In this document: positions 36,662-45,491 of the stretch, one piece after another
How the letters are laid out: every line of letters starts with the position of its first letter
Numbering within the stretch: the stretch's first letter is position 1
Source of the DNA: a virus
DNA length: 64,000 nt
Direction: 5' to 3' (one strand)
Virus record (IMG/VR): IMGVR_UViG_3300045988_087184
Made by a program: the position numbers and the translations under genes
Notes under the pieces: model-generated
Told to the model about the DNA's origin: nothing
Seen by the model: only the letters and a program-made list of their open reading frames with translations
Databases searched by the model: none

Positions 36662-37044
36662 AAGTAATTTACGACAATGAGCCTTCTGTATTGGAGGCAG
36701 TAGGAAACGGAAGTCACCGTTATCACTACGACATCAAGGCGGTGAAGGCAGAATCAACAGAGAAGTCTTCGGGTGCGGAATCAAGAACTCAGTACGAGTG
36801 CCAGGAAGTGATTGTATGGGAACCCATCACGTCTAATAAGATTACCGAAGCGGTCATTGCTGATAAGTGGGATGGTAATCAGGAACAGAAGCTCATCAAC
36901 GAGTATAATGCTATTCAGCTTGGCATCACTACTGATAAGGCAGAGATAGCCATCAAGACTGCTGCTTATAAGGAGTTCCTTTCAGAGCGAGTAAGATTGA
37001 AGGCTATCGTTGATGACGACTGCAAGACACTCGGAATCGAGTAA
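36658..37044 (+). CDS. hypothetical protein (128 aa)
   Basis: Track ORF, coupled to the RT stop by an ATGA overlap. Confidence 0.55.
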   Translation: MKVIYDNEPSVLEAVGNGSHRYHYDIKAVKAESTEKSSGAESRTQYECQEVIVWEPITSNKITEAVIADKWDGNQEQKLINEYNAIQLGITTDKAEIAIKTAAYKEFLSERVRLKAIVDDDCKTLGIE

Positions 37045-37077
37045 CGTGATTGTTCTACACTTATAAACAGATAAGAT

Positions 37078-38283
37078 ATGAGAACGGAAAAGAAATTCAT
37101 GCGACGCAGATATGCGCCATTGGTTACTGGATGCTCGCTGACATGCACCACCCCAGAATCGCCACTTACGCAGCTCTATAGCGGTGGTGAATGGCAGCCT
37201 AACCGAGAGGGTACGGCAGCAGTTCCTTGCGGTATCTGCCCTGTCGTCAGCGCATCAGCAAGGGATGGCAGTTGGCAGGGCAATACCCGAAGTAACGCCC
37301 ATCTGTCACAGATGCAATGGTATGTGGACGGACAGAGGATTGAGAGCGTAACAAGCTGGAATGGGAAGTACTCTATCATTACGAGTGGAGACAATAAGGG
37401 AATGCTTATTATCAAGCGCAATATCGGTCTGAACGAGCGTGTAAAGTTGCGTTTTGAGGGGCAGTTGCTCGACTTCCGTAATAATGAGCTTGTGCCAGTA
37501 AAGAGTGACGAGAAAACGCTATATACGGTTCAAGCCGCACAGGATTCATGGAGTGTGGAAACGGATTATCCGCTTAACCTCATGTATTCCTGCATTGATG
37601 ATAATATGCTATTACATGACTATCAGGTAAGTCACGGAATTGCATCATTACTCTCTGAGCAGCAGATTAATGACGGAGAGCAGTATCTTCGCACGGCAGC
37701 AATACGAGTTCGCAAGGGAAAAGATATTCAGACAAGCGGCTATACATTGGAACTCTACCGCACAGATAGCGGAACTGAGGTGAAGATGAGCGTCGGTTAT
37801 GAGGTACAAGCATTATCCCTTACAAGTATGACCCTTGATTTGCGTCTTGTACCTAATGCAGCCACTTATCTCCTTAAAGTGCTTGTTGGCGGTAAGGTGG
37901 TTTGCTTGAAGACTATCTGCACAGTCAACAGATTGCATAAGGCAATATCAGTAAAGCCGAGCGTTGAGAGCGATATTTATCCAGATACAGATATTATGTA
38001 TCAGGAAGCTATCGTAAAATGTAAAGACCATGATGTACCTTGCGCTGAGAACGTGATTAAGATGGTGCTGCTTGGTACAACTGCTTATGAATCTGATGTG
38101 AATCTCGGAGAAGGAAGAGGGGTATTTTTTCGTTTGTCTGACCTTACCATGGGCGACACGCAGAAGGATAACTATGTTGAAACCTGCTTCGACTACGACT
38201 ACAAGGAGGAGTATAAGGTTGCTACTGATGCAAGCGGCAACGTATACACAGATGAGAACGGCAATCCGTTTATCTTTAACTAA
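37078..38283 (+). CDS. tail fibre module protein (401 aa)
   Basis: Track ORF with beta-rich composition, placed by position. Confidence 0.5.
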   Translation: MRTEKKFMRRRYAPLVTGCSLTCTTPESPLTQLYSGGEWQPNREGTAAVPCGICPVVSASARDGSWQGNTRSNAHLSQMQWYVDGQRIESVTSWNGKYSIITSGDNKGMLIIKRNIGLNERVKLRFEGQLLDFRNNELVPVKSDEKTLYTVQAAQDSWSVETDYPLNLMYSCIDDNMLLHDYQVSHGIASLLSEQQINDGEQYLRTAAIRVRKGKDIQTSGYTLELYRTDSGTEVKMSVGYEVQALSLTSMTLDLRLVPNAATYLLKVLVGGKVVCLKTICTVNRLHKAISVKPSVESDIYPDTDIMYQEAIVKCKDHDVPCAENVIKMVLLGTTAYESDVNLGEGRGVFFRLSDLTMGDTQKDNYVETCFDYDYKEEYKVATDASGNVYTDENGNPFIFN

Positions 38284-38291
38284 GATTTGAT

Positions 38292-38522
38292 ATGAGATAC
38301 GTGTTAGCAGATAAGGAAAAAGCTATCTTGGCTGGATTTGATGTGATAACGCACAACGTCATTGATATCGAAGGAGAAAGTAAGATGGTTATCACGGAGA
38401 AGGGAATGATGGACACATCGTTGCTTGTCGGTGATGAGAGTGAGAGATTAAAGCAACTCAAAGGCACTATGTTCGATAGTGCAAGAGGGTTGGAAGAGTA
38501 TTTAATGAACTTTAAAGATTAA
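38292..38522 (+). CDS. hypothetical protein (76 aa)
   Basis: Track ORF. Confidence 0.45.
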   Translation: MRYVLADKEKAILAGFDVITHNVIDIEGESKMVITEKGMMDTSLLVGDESERLKQLKGTMFDSARGLEEYLMNFKD

Positions 38523-38527
38523 ATTAT

Positions 38528-39559
38528 ATGGAAGGAACATTATCAGGAAGTATCACACTTAAGCGATTAAAAAAGGGTGTGAACGTAATATTGAGCATTG
38601 AGACTGAGAATGCGGCTCTCTATCAAGGTTGGAACGATAAGACTTCAACCCCAGCCCCTAACTTTCAGACACCAGCAAATCAGCCTATCCTCGTTCCAAA
38701 GGCTGTCGCTACAAACGGACAGACTGCAAGCATTACAAACGGAACATGGTATTACAATAACACCATGTTGGTAGTTACAACTACGGCTACATCAGAAGGA
38801 TTCTATAAGTGCAGCGATACTAGATTTGCTATCAATCCGTCTAACTACAAGCTGAGAATCATTGATAATATTGCATCGGCTAGCAATACTAGCAACGATA
38901 TGTTTACTTTTAAGTGTTCGGGCGAAGCCGCTAGCACAAGTTACGAATCAGAGGCTACCGCAGAGCTTCACTTGCAGATAGTTGGTAGTAGTGCGGCAGC
39001 TCTGTATATTGAGGGCGGTTGTACTCTCTCCAAGGCAAATCCTTCGACTAAGCTTAAAGCTCGTTTCTTCATTGATGGCGGAGAGATTACAAGTGGATAT
39101 TCATACCTCTTCTTTGACGAGAAGGGAACCTCATTACAAGATAGTACATCAAAGGAGTTTACTGCAACACGTGACATGGTTGATGGCATCGGTGGTATCT
39201 ACTGTTCTGCATACAAGACTGGAGATAGTAAAAAGACCGCTCTTGCGACAGACTTTCACAAGATTACCGATATTGGCGATGAATATGAACTTACACCATC
39301 AGTTGACAAAGACTGGGACGGAACGAACAATCAGACTGTAACGGCTAAGGTATACCGACTTGTGGCAGGAAAAGCAGGAGATGATATTACAAAAGAATGG
39401 GCGGCTAAAGGTACTTTCACTCATACCTTCGTCAGTTCTCTCAACAAGACACCGCTCGGAACTCTGAAAGGAGTATCAGTAGAAGTTGGTACGGATATTT
39501 GGGGCAAGATAGCAAACGATAACGAGGACGTGATAGACTTTGTTAGTTATCAGGTATAA
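38528..39559 (+). CDS. tail fibre module protein (343 aa)
   Basis: Track ORF, S/T/G-rich and beta-type in composition. Confidence 0.5.
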   Translation: MEGTLSGSITLKRLKKGVNVILSIETENAALYQGWNDKTSTPAPNFQTPANQPILVPKAVATNGQTASITNGTWYYNNTMLVVTTTATSEGFYKCSDTRFAINPSNYKLRIIDNIASASNTSNDMFTFKCSGEAASTSYESEATAELHLQIVGSSAAALYIEGGCTLSKANPSTKLKARFFIDGGEITSGYSYLFFDEKGTSLQDSTSKEFTATRDMVDGIGGIYCSAYKTGDSKKTALATDFHKITDIGDEYELTPSVDKDWDGTNNQTVTAKVYRLVAGKAGDDITKEWAAKGTFTHTFVSSLNKTPLGTLKGVSVEVGTDIWGKIANDNEDVIDFVSYQV

Positions 39560-39576
39560 CTTAAAACTATGTGCTT

Positions 39577-41790
39577 ATGTTGACAGCATCAATAACATTA
39601 CATAGGAAACCAAAAGACGGCACTGATGGTGTAGGCATCACCAGTGCCGACGTGGTGTTTGCTATTGGCGAAAGTAAAACGACCGCACCAACTACAGGTT
39701 GGATTACCAACTTCAGTGGGCTGACGCTTGAAAGTGGCAAGTATGTATGGACTTGCACGAAGACTACTCTGACTAAAGGCACATCATACTATACAGGCGC
39801 ATACTGCCTTGGCGAGTGCTATGACTTTGCGCAGGTTGTGGAATTGTACGCACTGGGTGACAGCTCTACCAATCCGCCAAAAGATACAAATTTCAACTCG
39901 TCCTATACGGCTGTCAAAGGCAAGTATCTTTGGAGTTGCGTAAAGGTGACTTATAATGATACTAACATCAGTTTTCTCAACAAAAAATGCGTGAGCTACT
40001 TCCCTAACGATGGAACGAACGGAACAAAGTTCACACCGAAGGGTACTGCCTACGCTCATTACTCTAAGGCAAGTGAGCTGCCAAGCCCATCGGTAGCAAC
40101 AGTCAACCGCAAGTATCTTGTCGATATAGATGATAAGTCAACACCGCCAAGGAATACCCCTTGCGTATGCTACTACAAGAACACGACAACGTTCGTTTCT
40201 GACGTTGCAGCAGAGGGAGATGCCTACAATATCGGTGGCACACTCTGGGTGCATGATGGGAAGATGTGGCATGACTTCGGAAGCGTGCAGGGACCGAAAG
40301 GTGATGATGGTGAGGATGCTTTGAATATCGAGTTATCAGTTGAGAAGATTCTTTTCAGCTACTATGAAGGTAATTTTGAACAAAAGAATAAAACTATCAC
40401 ACTCATTGTTAGACAAGGTGGAAACGTTATCAAATCATCAGATTATAACGTAAAAATAGTAGCTGCTCAGAACTTTGACATTAGTACAGGCGACAAGCTT
40501 ACGATAACAAAACAAGATAATTATTGTACGCTGAACTGCTTTTCAAGTGGCGTTATTATGTATGACTATACTTACGATAATAAAGTATCTTATGTAAGAT
40601 ATCCTGCAAGTAGTTGCTCTATTAAAATTGCCGTAGAATACAATGGAATCACTTATTTCAAGGAGCTATCAATAGAGGTGTCTTTCGTCAGGATGTACGG
40701 AGGATTGGCTTATGACCTAGAATCACTATCATCTACATACGGAGAACTTGTTGGTGACAATGGTCGATTGAAGCAAATGGAGACTCAAATCTATCAGAAT
40801 GCAAGAAATATAACATTGACTGCAAAAAGAACCGATGGGTTAGAGAATCAGTACTCTGAAATAAAGGTTCAATATGATAGCATAAATATCAGCGTAGGAA
40901 AAATCAATGATGGATTGGCACGTACGGGAATCAATATCACCGATGGTAGTATTACCATGACTGCCAACAAATTCAAACTCTATAATAATAACGGAGACAA
41001 AACCTTTAGCACAGACGCTGATGGCAATGGAATATTCAAGGGAACTATCACGGCAACAGGTGGAAGTTTTGGATCTTTTCAAATCACATCATATACTGAT
41101 GGTACAGACTTTAAATTCTACGGAATGTCTGCACATACAGATGGCACAACCGCGATAGCATCGTCAACATTCACCGTTGATTATTATGGTCTGTATATAG
41201 GCTCTGGCTCGCAAGATAATGGTGGTTCTGTCTGGATAGGAAATAATGGCAGGAAGACTGGTAACGATTTTAGCTGGGATGATGGTGTAATCAAAGTAGA
41301 TGCAGACAATTCCGCAGTTAACAACGCTGATATTAGCGGTATCGGTGTTAACGTAGTTGGCAATTCTAGTCATAGTGCAATCGGCATGAAGGTATCTGCT
41401 ACAGGCGGCAAGAATAACTATGCGGTTTATGCTAAGAATGGTGACTTTAGAGCTGAGAATGGTGCGTTTATCGGTGCTTTCTGTGGCAACGTAAATAAAG
41501 GCAACAATAGCAATAATGTTACAGATAGCTATACATTGCAACCTACTGATAGCATCATCGTATGCAATAATACCAAGGAAATCTCGATAAGATTTCCTCA
41601 CGAAGGCATAAAGGTAGGTCAGATGTTCATCGTTATTGCCGGCACTGGAAACAAAATTAATTTTGGCGGAGAAGTTGGACATGTAACATCTATTCTGTGT
41701 CAAGGAGAACTATATTGCGGCACAAGAGGGCAATGGAACTTCATCATCTTCGACGGCAAGACTTGGCATATCCGTATGGTGTGGAACTAA
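39577..41790 (+). CDS. tail fibre-like protein (737 aa)
   Basis: ATG 39577 within track ORF 39571..41790. The protein is long and G/T/N-rich, and the gene is followed by a terminator. Confidence 0.55.
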   Translation: MLTASITLHRKPKDGTDGVGITSADVVFAIGESKTTAPTTGWITNFSGLTLESGKYVWTCTKTTLTKGTSYYTGAYCLGECYDFAQVVELYALGDSSTNPPKDTNFNSSYTAVKGKYLWSCVKVTYNDTNISFLNKKCVSYFPNDGTNGTKFTPKGTAYAHYSKASELPSPSVATVNRKYLVDIDDKSTPPRNTPCVCYYKNTTTFVSDVAAEGDAYNIGGTLWVHDGKMWHDFGSVQGPKGDDGEDALNIELSVEKILFSYYEGNFEQKNKTITLIVRQGGNVIKSSDYNVKIVAAQNFDISTGDKLTITKQDNYCTLNCFSSGVIMYDYTYDNKVSYVRYPASSCSIKIAVEYNGITYFKELSIEVSFVRMYGGLAYDLESLSSTYGELVGDNGRLKQMETQIYQNARNITLTAKRTDGLENQYSEIKVQYDSINISVGKINDGLARTGINITDGSITMTANKFKLYNNNGDKTFSTDADGNGIFKGTITATGGSFGSFQITSYTDGTDFKFYGMSAHTDGTTAIASSTFTVDYYGLYIGSGSQDNGGSVWIGNNGRKTGNDFSWDDGVIKVDADNSAVNNADISGIGVNVVGNSSHSAIGMKVSATGGKNNYAVYAKNGDFRAENGAFIGAFCGNVNKGNNSNNVTDSYTLQPTDSIIVCNNTKEISIRFPHEGIKVGQMFIVIAGTGNKINFGGEVGHVTSILCQGELYCGTRGQWNFIIFDGKTWHIRMVWN

Positions 41791-41796
41791 CAAATA

Positions 41797-41833
41797 TGGC
41801 GGCTACTCTACGTGGGTAGCCGCCAATATTTTG
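41797..41833. terminator. bidirectional terminator
   Basis: 10-bp stem TGGCGGCTAC/GTAGCCGCCA followed by ATATTTTG. It lies between convergent genes. Confidence 0.7.
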
Positions 41834-41870
41834 TTGTATGGATTTTATAAAGGTAGGCTTTACTCGTCAA

Positions 41871-42194
41871 TCAGGGAAGTGTGCTGTACTCTGTTATCTT
41901 GTTAGCAAAATATGGAGCATCAGAGCCACGAAAAGATGGTATTAAATCACTAAGATAGCCATATCTACCTTTTCTTCGTTCCTCTTCTGCTTGCGTTACT
42001 AGACCTTTCGACATTCTAACAGTAAATGGAAGTTTGTTAAAATTAGAATGGTTAATATCGTTTCCCCAACTATCAGTTATAGGAATGATACTTTCCTTGC
42101 CAATTTCTAGAGCTTCCTTAACTGACAAAGGGTTAGCTATTTTCTCCTTCATCGTCATTTGACTTCTGCCTTTAAATGGTATCTTTATCTTCAT
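41871..42194 (-). CDS. hypothetical protein (107 aa)
   Basis: Track ORF trimmed to MKIKIPFKG (ATG 42194). A -7 box TATCTTTG lies on the minus strand at 42219-26. Confidence 0.5.
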   Translation of the reverse strand: MKIKIPFKGRSQMTMKEKIANPLSVKEALEIGKESIIPITDSWGNDINHSNFNKLPFTVRMSKGLVTQAEEERRKGRYGYLSDLIPSFRGSDAPYFANKITEYSTLP

Positions 42195-42218
42195 AATTTT
42201 AATGTTTTGGTTGATGTG

Positions 42219-42329
42219 CAAAGATACGAAAATTAAGCTACATAGAACTTTCAGATTGTTACTTTTTATAAAGTTTAACACAAAAATATTCTCATTTTCG
42301 TTGAATTTGTGCAAAAAAGTGTATCTTTG
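42219..42329. promoter_or_regulatory. pair of divergent candidate -7 boxes sharing GTATCTTTGCAC
   Basis: A minus-strand copy at 42219-26 and a plus-strand copy at 42322-29 each face a gene start (42194 and 42395). Confidence 0.45.
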
Positions 42330-42394
42330 CACCATCATTTAATTTAAATCAACGAATTATGAACAATTAACTATAGACAAAAGGAGGTTTTTCA

Positions 42395-42667
42395 ATGACA
42401 CAAGAACAAGAAGCCGAAGTCCAACGGTTGATAAAGGACATTGATGTGATGGAGCTGATGGGGATGCTCATGAAGTATGGTAACGTCCAACGGTTGATAA
42501 AGGACATTGATGTGACGGAGCTGATGGGGATGCTCATGAAGTATGGTAACCGATATTCCAGAAGAATCTTGAAGTTCTTCCGATGGTTCTGTAAGTACGT
42601 ACTTGCACTCGACTTGTTGAAAGACAAGGATGGTGTGTACGACATCAGAGAGTATTTCTTGAAGTAA
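42395..42667 (+). CDS. hypothetical protein with an internal 22-aa tandem duplication
   Basis: VQRLIKDIDV(M/T)ELMGMLMKYGN occurs twice in tandem. The gene has a rare AAGGAGG box 8 nt upstream. Confidence 0.55.
   Translation: MTQEQEAEVQRLIKDIDVMELMGMLMKYGNVQRLIKDIDVTELMGMLMKYGNRYSRRILKFFRWFCKYVLALDLLKDKDGVYDIREYFLK
42419..42550 (+). repeat. 2 x 66-bp tandem direct repeat (1 mismatch)
   Basis: Units 42419-42484 and 42485-42550 differ only by ATG versus ACG. Confidence 0.9.
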
Positions 42668-42685
42668 CATTAAAAACATACGGTT

Positions 42686-43114
42686 ATGAAAAAGGTATTC
42701 GAAGACATTATAGCTAGCAATGACATGCAGGCTATCAAGAACTGTGTTACGATCATAGCAGATTGTTGCGAAGTCGGAATGAACGACAGCGTAATGCTTG
42801 ATATGATGAAGCAGGTCAAGGGAGAGATTGGTGCGTGTCATTATGACGAAGAAATGGCAGATATGCACCTTTGTCTCATTGAGCAGCTTCATACTAAAGA
42901 TGTTGCAAAAGACTATTGGCATGAGGTCAAGAATGACAACATTACTATTAATGATTGGTGTGCTCTCTGGGGCGAAATGGTAAGGCGCAACGACGCAAAG
43001 ATAAAGAAATGGTTCCCGAAAATCAATACGCTCGACTACGAAAGAAAGATTTTCGACGAATGCATTTCTTTCCTGGAGAACGGAGGACTGCCGTATTATG
43101 ATCTGAATATCTGA
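42686..43114 (+). CDS. hypothetical protein (142 aa)
   Basis: Track ORF. Confidence 0.5.
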   Translation: MKKVFEDIIASNDMQAIKNCVTIIADCCEVGMNDSVMLDMMKQVKGEIGACHYDEEMADMHLCLIEQLHTKDVAKDYWHEVKNDNITINDWCALWGEMVRRNDAKIKKWFPKINTLDYERKIFDECISFLENGGLPYYDLNI

Positions 43115-43154
43115 TTTTTTTCGTTATTCTGAATGAAGTCTCGACTTTTTTTGC

Positions 43155-43162
43155 TATCTTTG
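43155..43162 (+). promoter_or_regulatory. candidate -7 box (TATCTTTG) for the lysis cassette
   Basis: A TAnnTTTG match lies 53 nt upstream of ATG 43215. Confidence 0.4.
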
Positions 43163-43214
43163 CAGAAAGAGACCGGGACTTTATTTTTTAATATATTATT
43201 CAGGATAACAGATT

Positions 43215-43730
43215 ATGACAGATTTATTAGATTCTTCACAGATCCGGCAGATAGGGGTTACTATTTTCTCCGCTATACTTGCCTTTGCAACGCCAACGGA
43301 AGGTTTTATTTTGGCGTTGGTTATTGCCTTTGGCTTCAATATCTTCTGTGGTATGCGAGCTGACGGCGTGAGTGTTGTACGATGCAAGAACTTTTCTGCA
43401 TCGAAGTTCAAGAACGCAATTTTGGAAATGCTGCTTTATGTATCTATTGTTTATGTGATATACGGCATCATGCTAGGTTGTAATGACGGTACGGAAGCTC
43501 TATTTGTAATCAAGATGCTTACGTATATATTCTGCTATGTGTATATCTGCAATGCGTTCAAAAATCTCATTAAGGCGTACCCCAAGAACATCTCATTCAG
43601 GGTTATTTATTACATTCTGAGGTTTGAGTTTGCGAAGGCCTTACCGAGCTATTGGAAGCCTATCTTGGAGAGATTGAATCAGGAGTTTGATAAAAAAGAG
43701 GAGGAAAACAAAAATGGAAGTATTAATTGA
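43215..43730 (+). CDS. holin-like multi-pass membrane protein
   Basis: At least three hydrophobic helices, directly upstream of and overlapping the putative endolysin. Confidence 0.5.
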   Translation: MTDLLDSSQIRQIGVTIFSAILAFATPTEGFILALVIAFGFNIFCGMRADGVSVVRCKNFSASKFKNAILEMLLYVSIVYVIYGIMLGCNDGTEALFVIKMLTYIFCYVYICNAFKNLIKAYPKNISFRVIYYILRFEFAKALPSYWKPILERLNQEFDKKEEENKNGSIN

Positions 43731-44148
43731 TCGAGCTTGGAAAAAAGATGGCTATACTATTAGTCGTCTGTGCGTGAATGGCAAATTGTTCGGATGCAAC
43801 ACTTTAGAGGACACAGACAGAGGATTGAGACAAGATATGTCTCCAGAAGAGATTAAGAGAGTTAAGGTGTACGGAGAGACCGCAATACCAGTTGGAAGCT
43901 ACGAGTGCGTCTATACATACTCCAACCGATTCAAGAAGATGTTGCCATTGCTTCTGAATGTTAAAGGATTTGAGGGAATACGCATACATAGCGGTAACTC
44001 TGCAAAAGACACGTTAGGTTGCATTCTTGTCGGTAAAAATGACAAGAAAGGTTGGGTTAGCGATTCCCGATTCTGGACAAACAAGCTCATTCAGACAATG
44101 AAAACGGCTTGGAATAAAAAGGAAAAAGTAACGATTGTAATTCAGTAG
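43714..44148 (+). CDS. putative endolysin or cell-wall hydrolase (DUF5675-like)
   Basis: ATG 43714. The pattern TLED...ETAIPVGSY...NVKGFEGIRIHSGNSAKDTLGCILVG resembles DUF5675. Confidence 0.5.
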   Translation: MEVLIDRAWKKDGYTISRLCVNGKLFGCNTLEDTDRGLRQDMSPEEIKRVKVYGETAIPVGSYECVYTYSNRFKKMLPLLLNVKGFEGIRIHSGNSAKDTLGCILVGKNDKKGWVSDSRFWTNKLIQTMKTAWNKKEKVTIVIQ

Positions 44149-44151
44149 CTT

Positions 44152-44748
44152 ATGAAACTTATTGACAAGATAACAAGGATAATGATCATCGCTGCTGTGG
44201 CAATGCTGGTTCTATCAATGTTCTGTAGATGTAAGACTAAAGAACGCGTGATAGAGAAGCAGACGTATGTCACAGACAAGCGTAACGAGGCTAAGTGGGA
44301 TTCTCTTTTCAATGTCAGACTTATCAAGGAATTGGAATCGTATAAGGCTTCGCACAAGGAGTCTGTGAAGTCAACAACGAAAGAGAAGACCCATATAAGG
44401 GATAGTACAGCTTCGAAATACGATGCGAACGGAAACAAAGTCGGCGAAGACAGATTCCACTACGAATTTCACGAGATATCACAGGAAGATGTACAGATAC
44501 TGAGAGATAGTATTTCGAGCCTTAAGGAATACAAGGATAGTGCTGCGATATATCATAGTAAGTGTGACTCCTTAATCTCAGTGATAAGTAAAATATCGAA
44601 AGATAAAGTATATGTCGAGAAACAACTATCAAAGACAGATAGGGTATTCCTGAACATCGGAAAGGTATCATCTGTCTGTTTATTCATAGGTATCCTCGCC
44701 ATCTTGGGCTGGATATGCTGGAGGTTGAAATTACACAAACGTTCTTAG
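44152..44748 (+). CDS. spanin-position membrane protein
   Basis: An N-terminal signal or lipobox-like LSMFC, a coiled-coil middle and a C-terminal TM helix. Confidence 0.45.
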   Translation: MKLIDKITRIMIIAAVAMLVLSMFCRCKTKERVIEKQTYVTDKRNEAKWDSLFNVRLIKELESYKASHKESVKSTTKEKTHIRDSTASKYDANGNKVGEDRFHYEFHEISQEDVQILRDSISSLKEYKDSAAIYHSKCDSLISVISKISKDKVYVEKQLSKTDRVFLNIGKVSSVCLFIGILAILGWICWRLKLHKRS

Positions 44749-44802
44749 TTTTTTCTCATTTTAACTTAATGGATTTTGTTTATATTTATTATTTGGTTAA
44801 AA

Positions 44803-44842
44803 CAAAAAAAGAGGCGACCGTCCGTGATGGATAGTCGCCTCT
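44803..44842. terminator. bidirectional terminator
   Basis: A7 run followed by the 9-bp stem AGAGGCGAC/GTCGCCTCT. It lies between convergent genes. Confidence 0.7.
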
Positions 44843-44855
44843 TGACATTTGTGTA

Positions 44856-45488
44856 TCAATCTTCTTCAGCTTGCAGAAACTTGATGCTATACTCCGTTTC
44901 GTAGTGTTTCTTCTGCTCGTCGGTCAGCAATCTAGTTTCGCTGTCGAAGAACAAAGTGAGCAGCTCTCCGTAATCCTTGTCGTAGAAGTAGTTGTACTTG
45001 CGGCAGAGATAGTTCCTGGCATTCATGCACTTGTCCGGAACTGTCTTGAACTTTCGCTTTGTCTTCTGTGACAAACCGCTAGCAACTCTCAGTTTCTCGA
45101 CGGCAAGAACCTTTCTCAGCGTTTCCTGTCTCTTTCTGTTAGCGTCATCGGTGCGAGTACGAGCAGCACTCTCCTTCTGTATTCGTTTCGTAGTCTCATC
45201 TGTATGCTTGACCCCCAGTCTCTTTGCAAGTTCGTTGACCGAAGCTTTTGTTATACCAAGCCTCTTTCCTACCTCTGTGGCCGAATGAGTCGGATAGAGC
45301 TCACGGATAACCCGATTCCTTTCCTCCTTCGCCTCCTTCTTACTTTGGATAAAGGAATCTCCGTGCAGCTTATGTAGCCACCAGTAGATGGTCTGTACGG
45401 TGCATCCGAATGACTTTGCCAATTTGCTTGGTGACTCACACGGATGCTCCTTTATGTAATTTTTCTGTTCGTCTGTAAGTACGTTCAT
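44856..45488 (-). CDS. DNA-binding protein with two HTH-like segments
   Basis: SPSKLAKSFGCTVQTIYWW and ATEVGKRLGITKASVNELAKRLG. Confidence 0.55.
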   Translation of the reverse strand: MNVLTDEQKNYIKEHPCESPSKLAKSFGCTVQTIYWWLHKLHGDSFIQSKKEAKEERNRVIRELYPTHSATEVGKRLGITKASVNELAKRLGVKHTDETTKRIQKESAARTRTDDANRKRQETLRKVLAVEKLRVASGLSQKTKRKFKTVPDKCMNARNYLCRKYNYFYDKDYGELLTLFFDSETRLLTDEQKKHYETEYSIKFLQAEED

Positions 45489-45491
45489 AGG

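Noticed and set aside
33574-41790. Search for a second VR copy in the other fibre-like genes.
   Set aside because: Scanning by eye for TR core strings (GCGGCTTCG, TTTGGCGG) found only the VR and TR themselves. A computational search is still needed, so this is not proof of absence.
42419-42550. The 66-bp tandem repeat and the 1875-2245 repeat array as CRISPR arrays.
   Set aside because: The 66-bp repeat has only two abutting units with no spacers. The array has 12-13-nt motifs with irregular short spacing. No cas genes are present.
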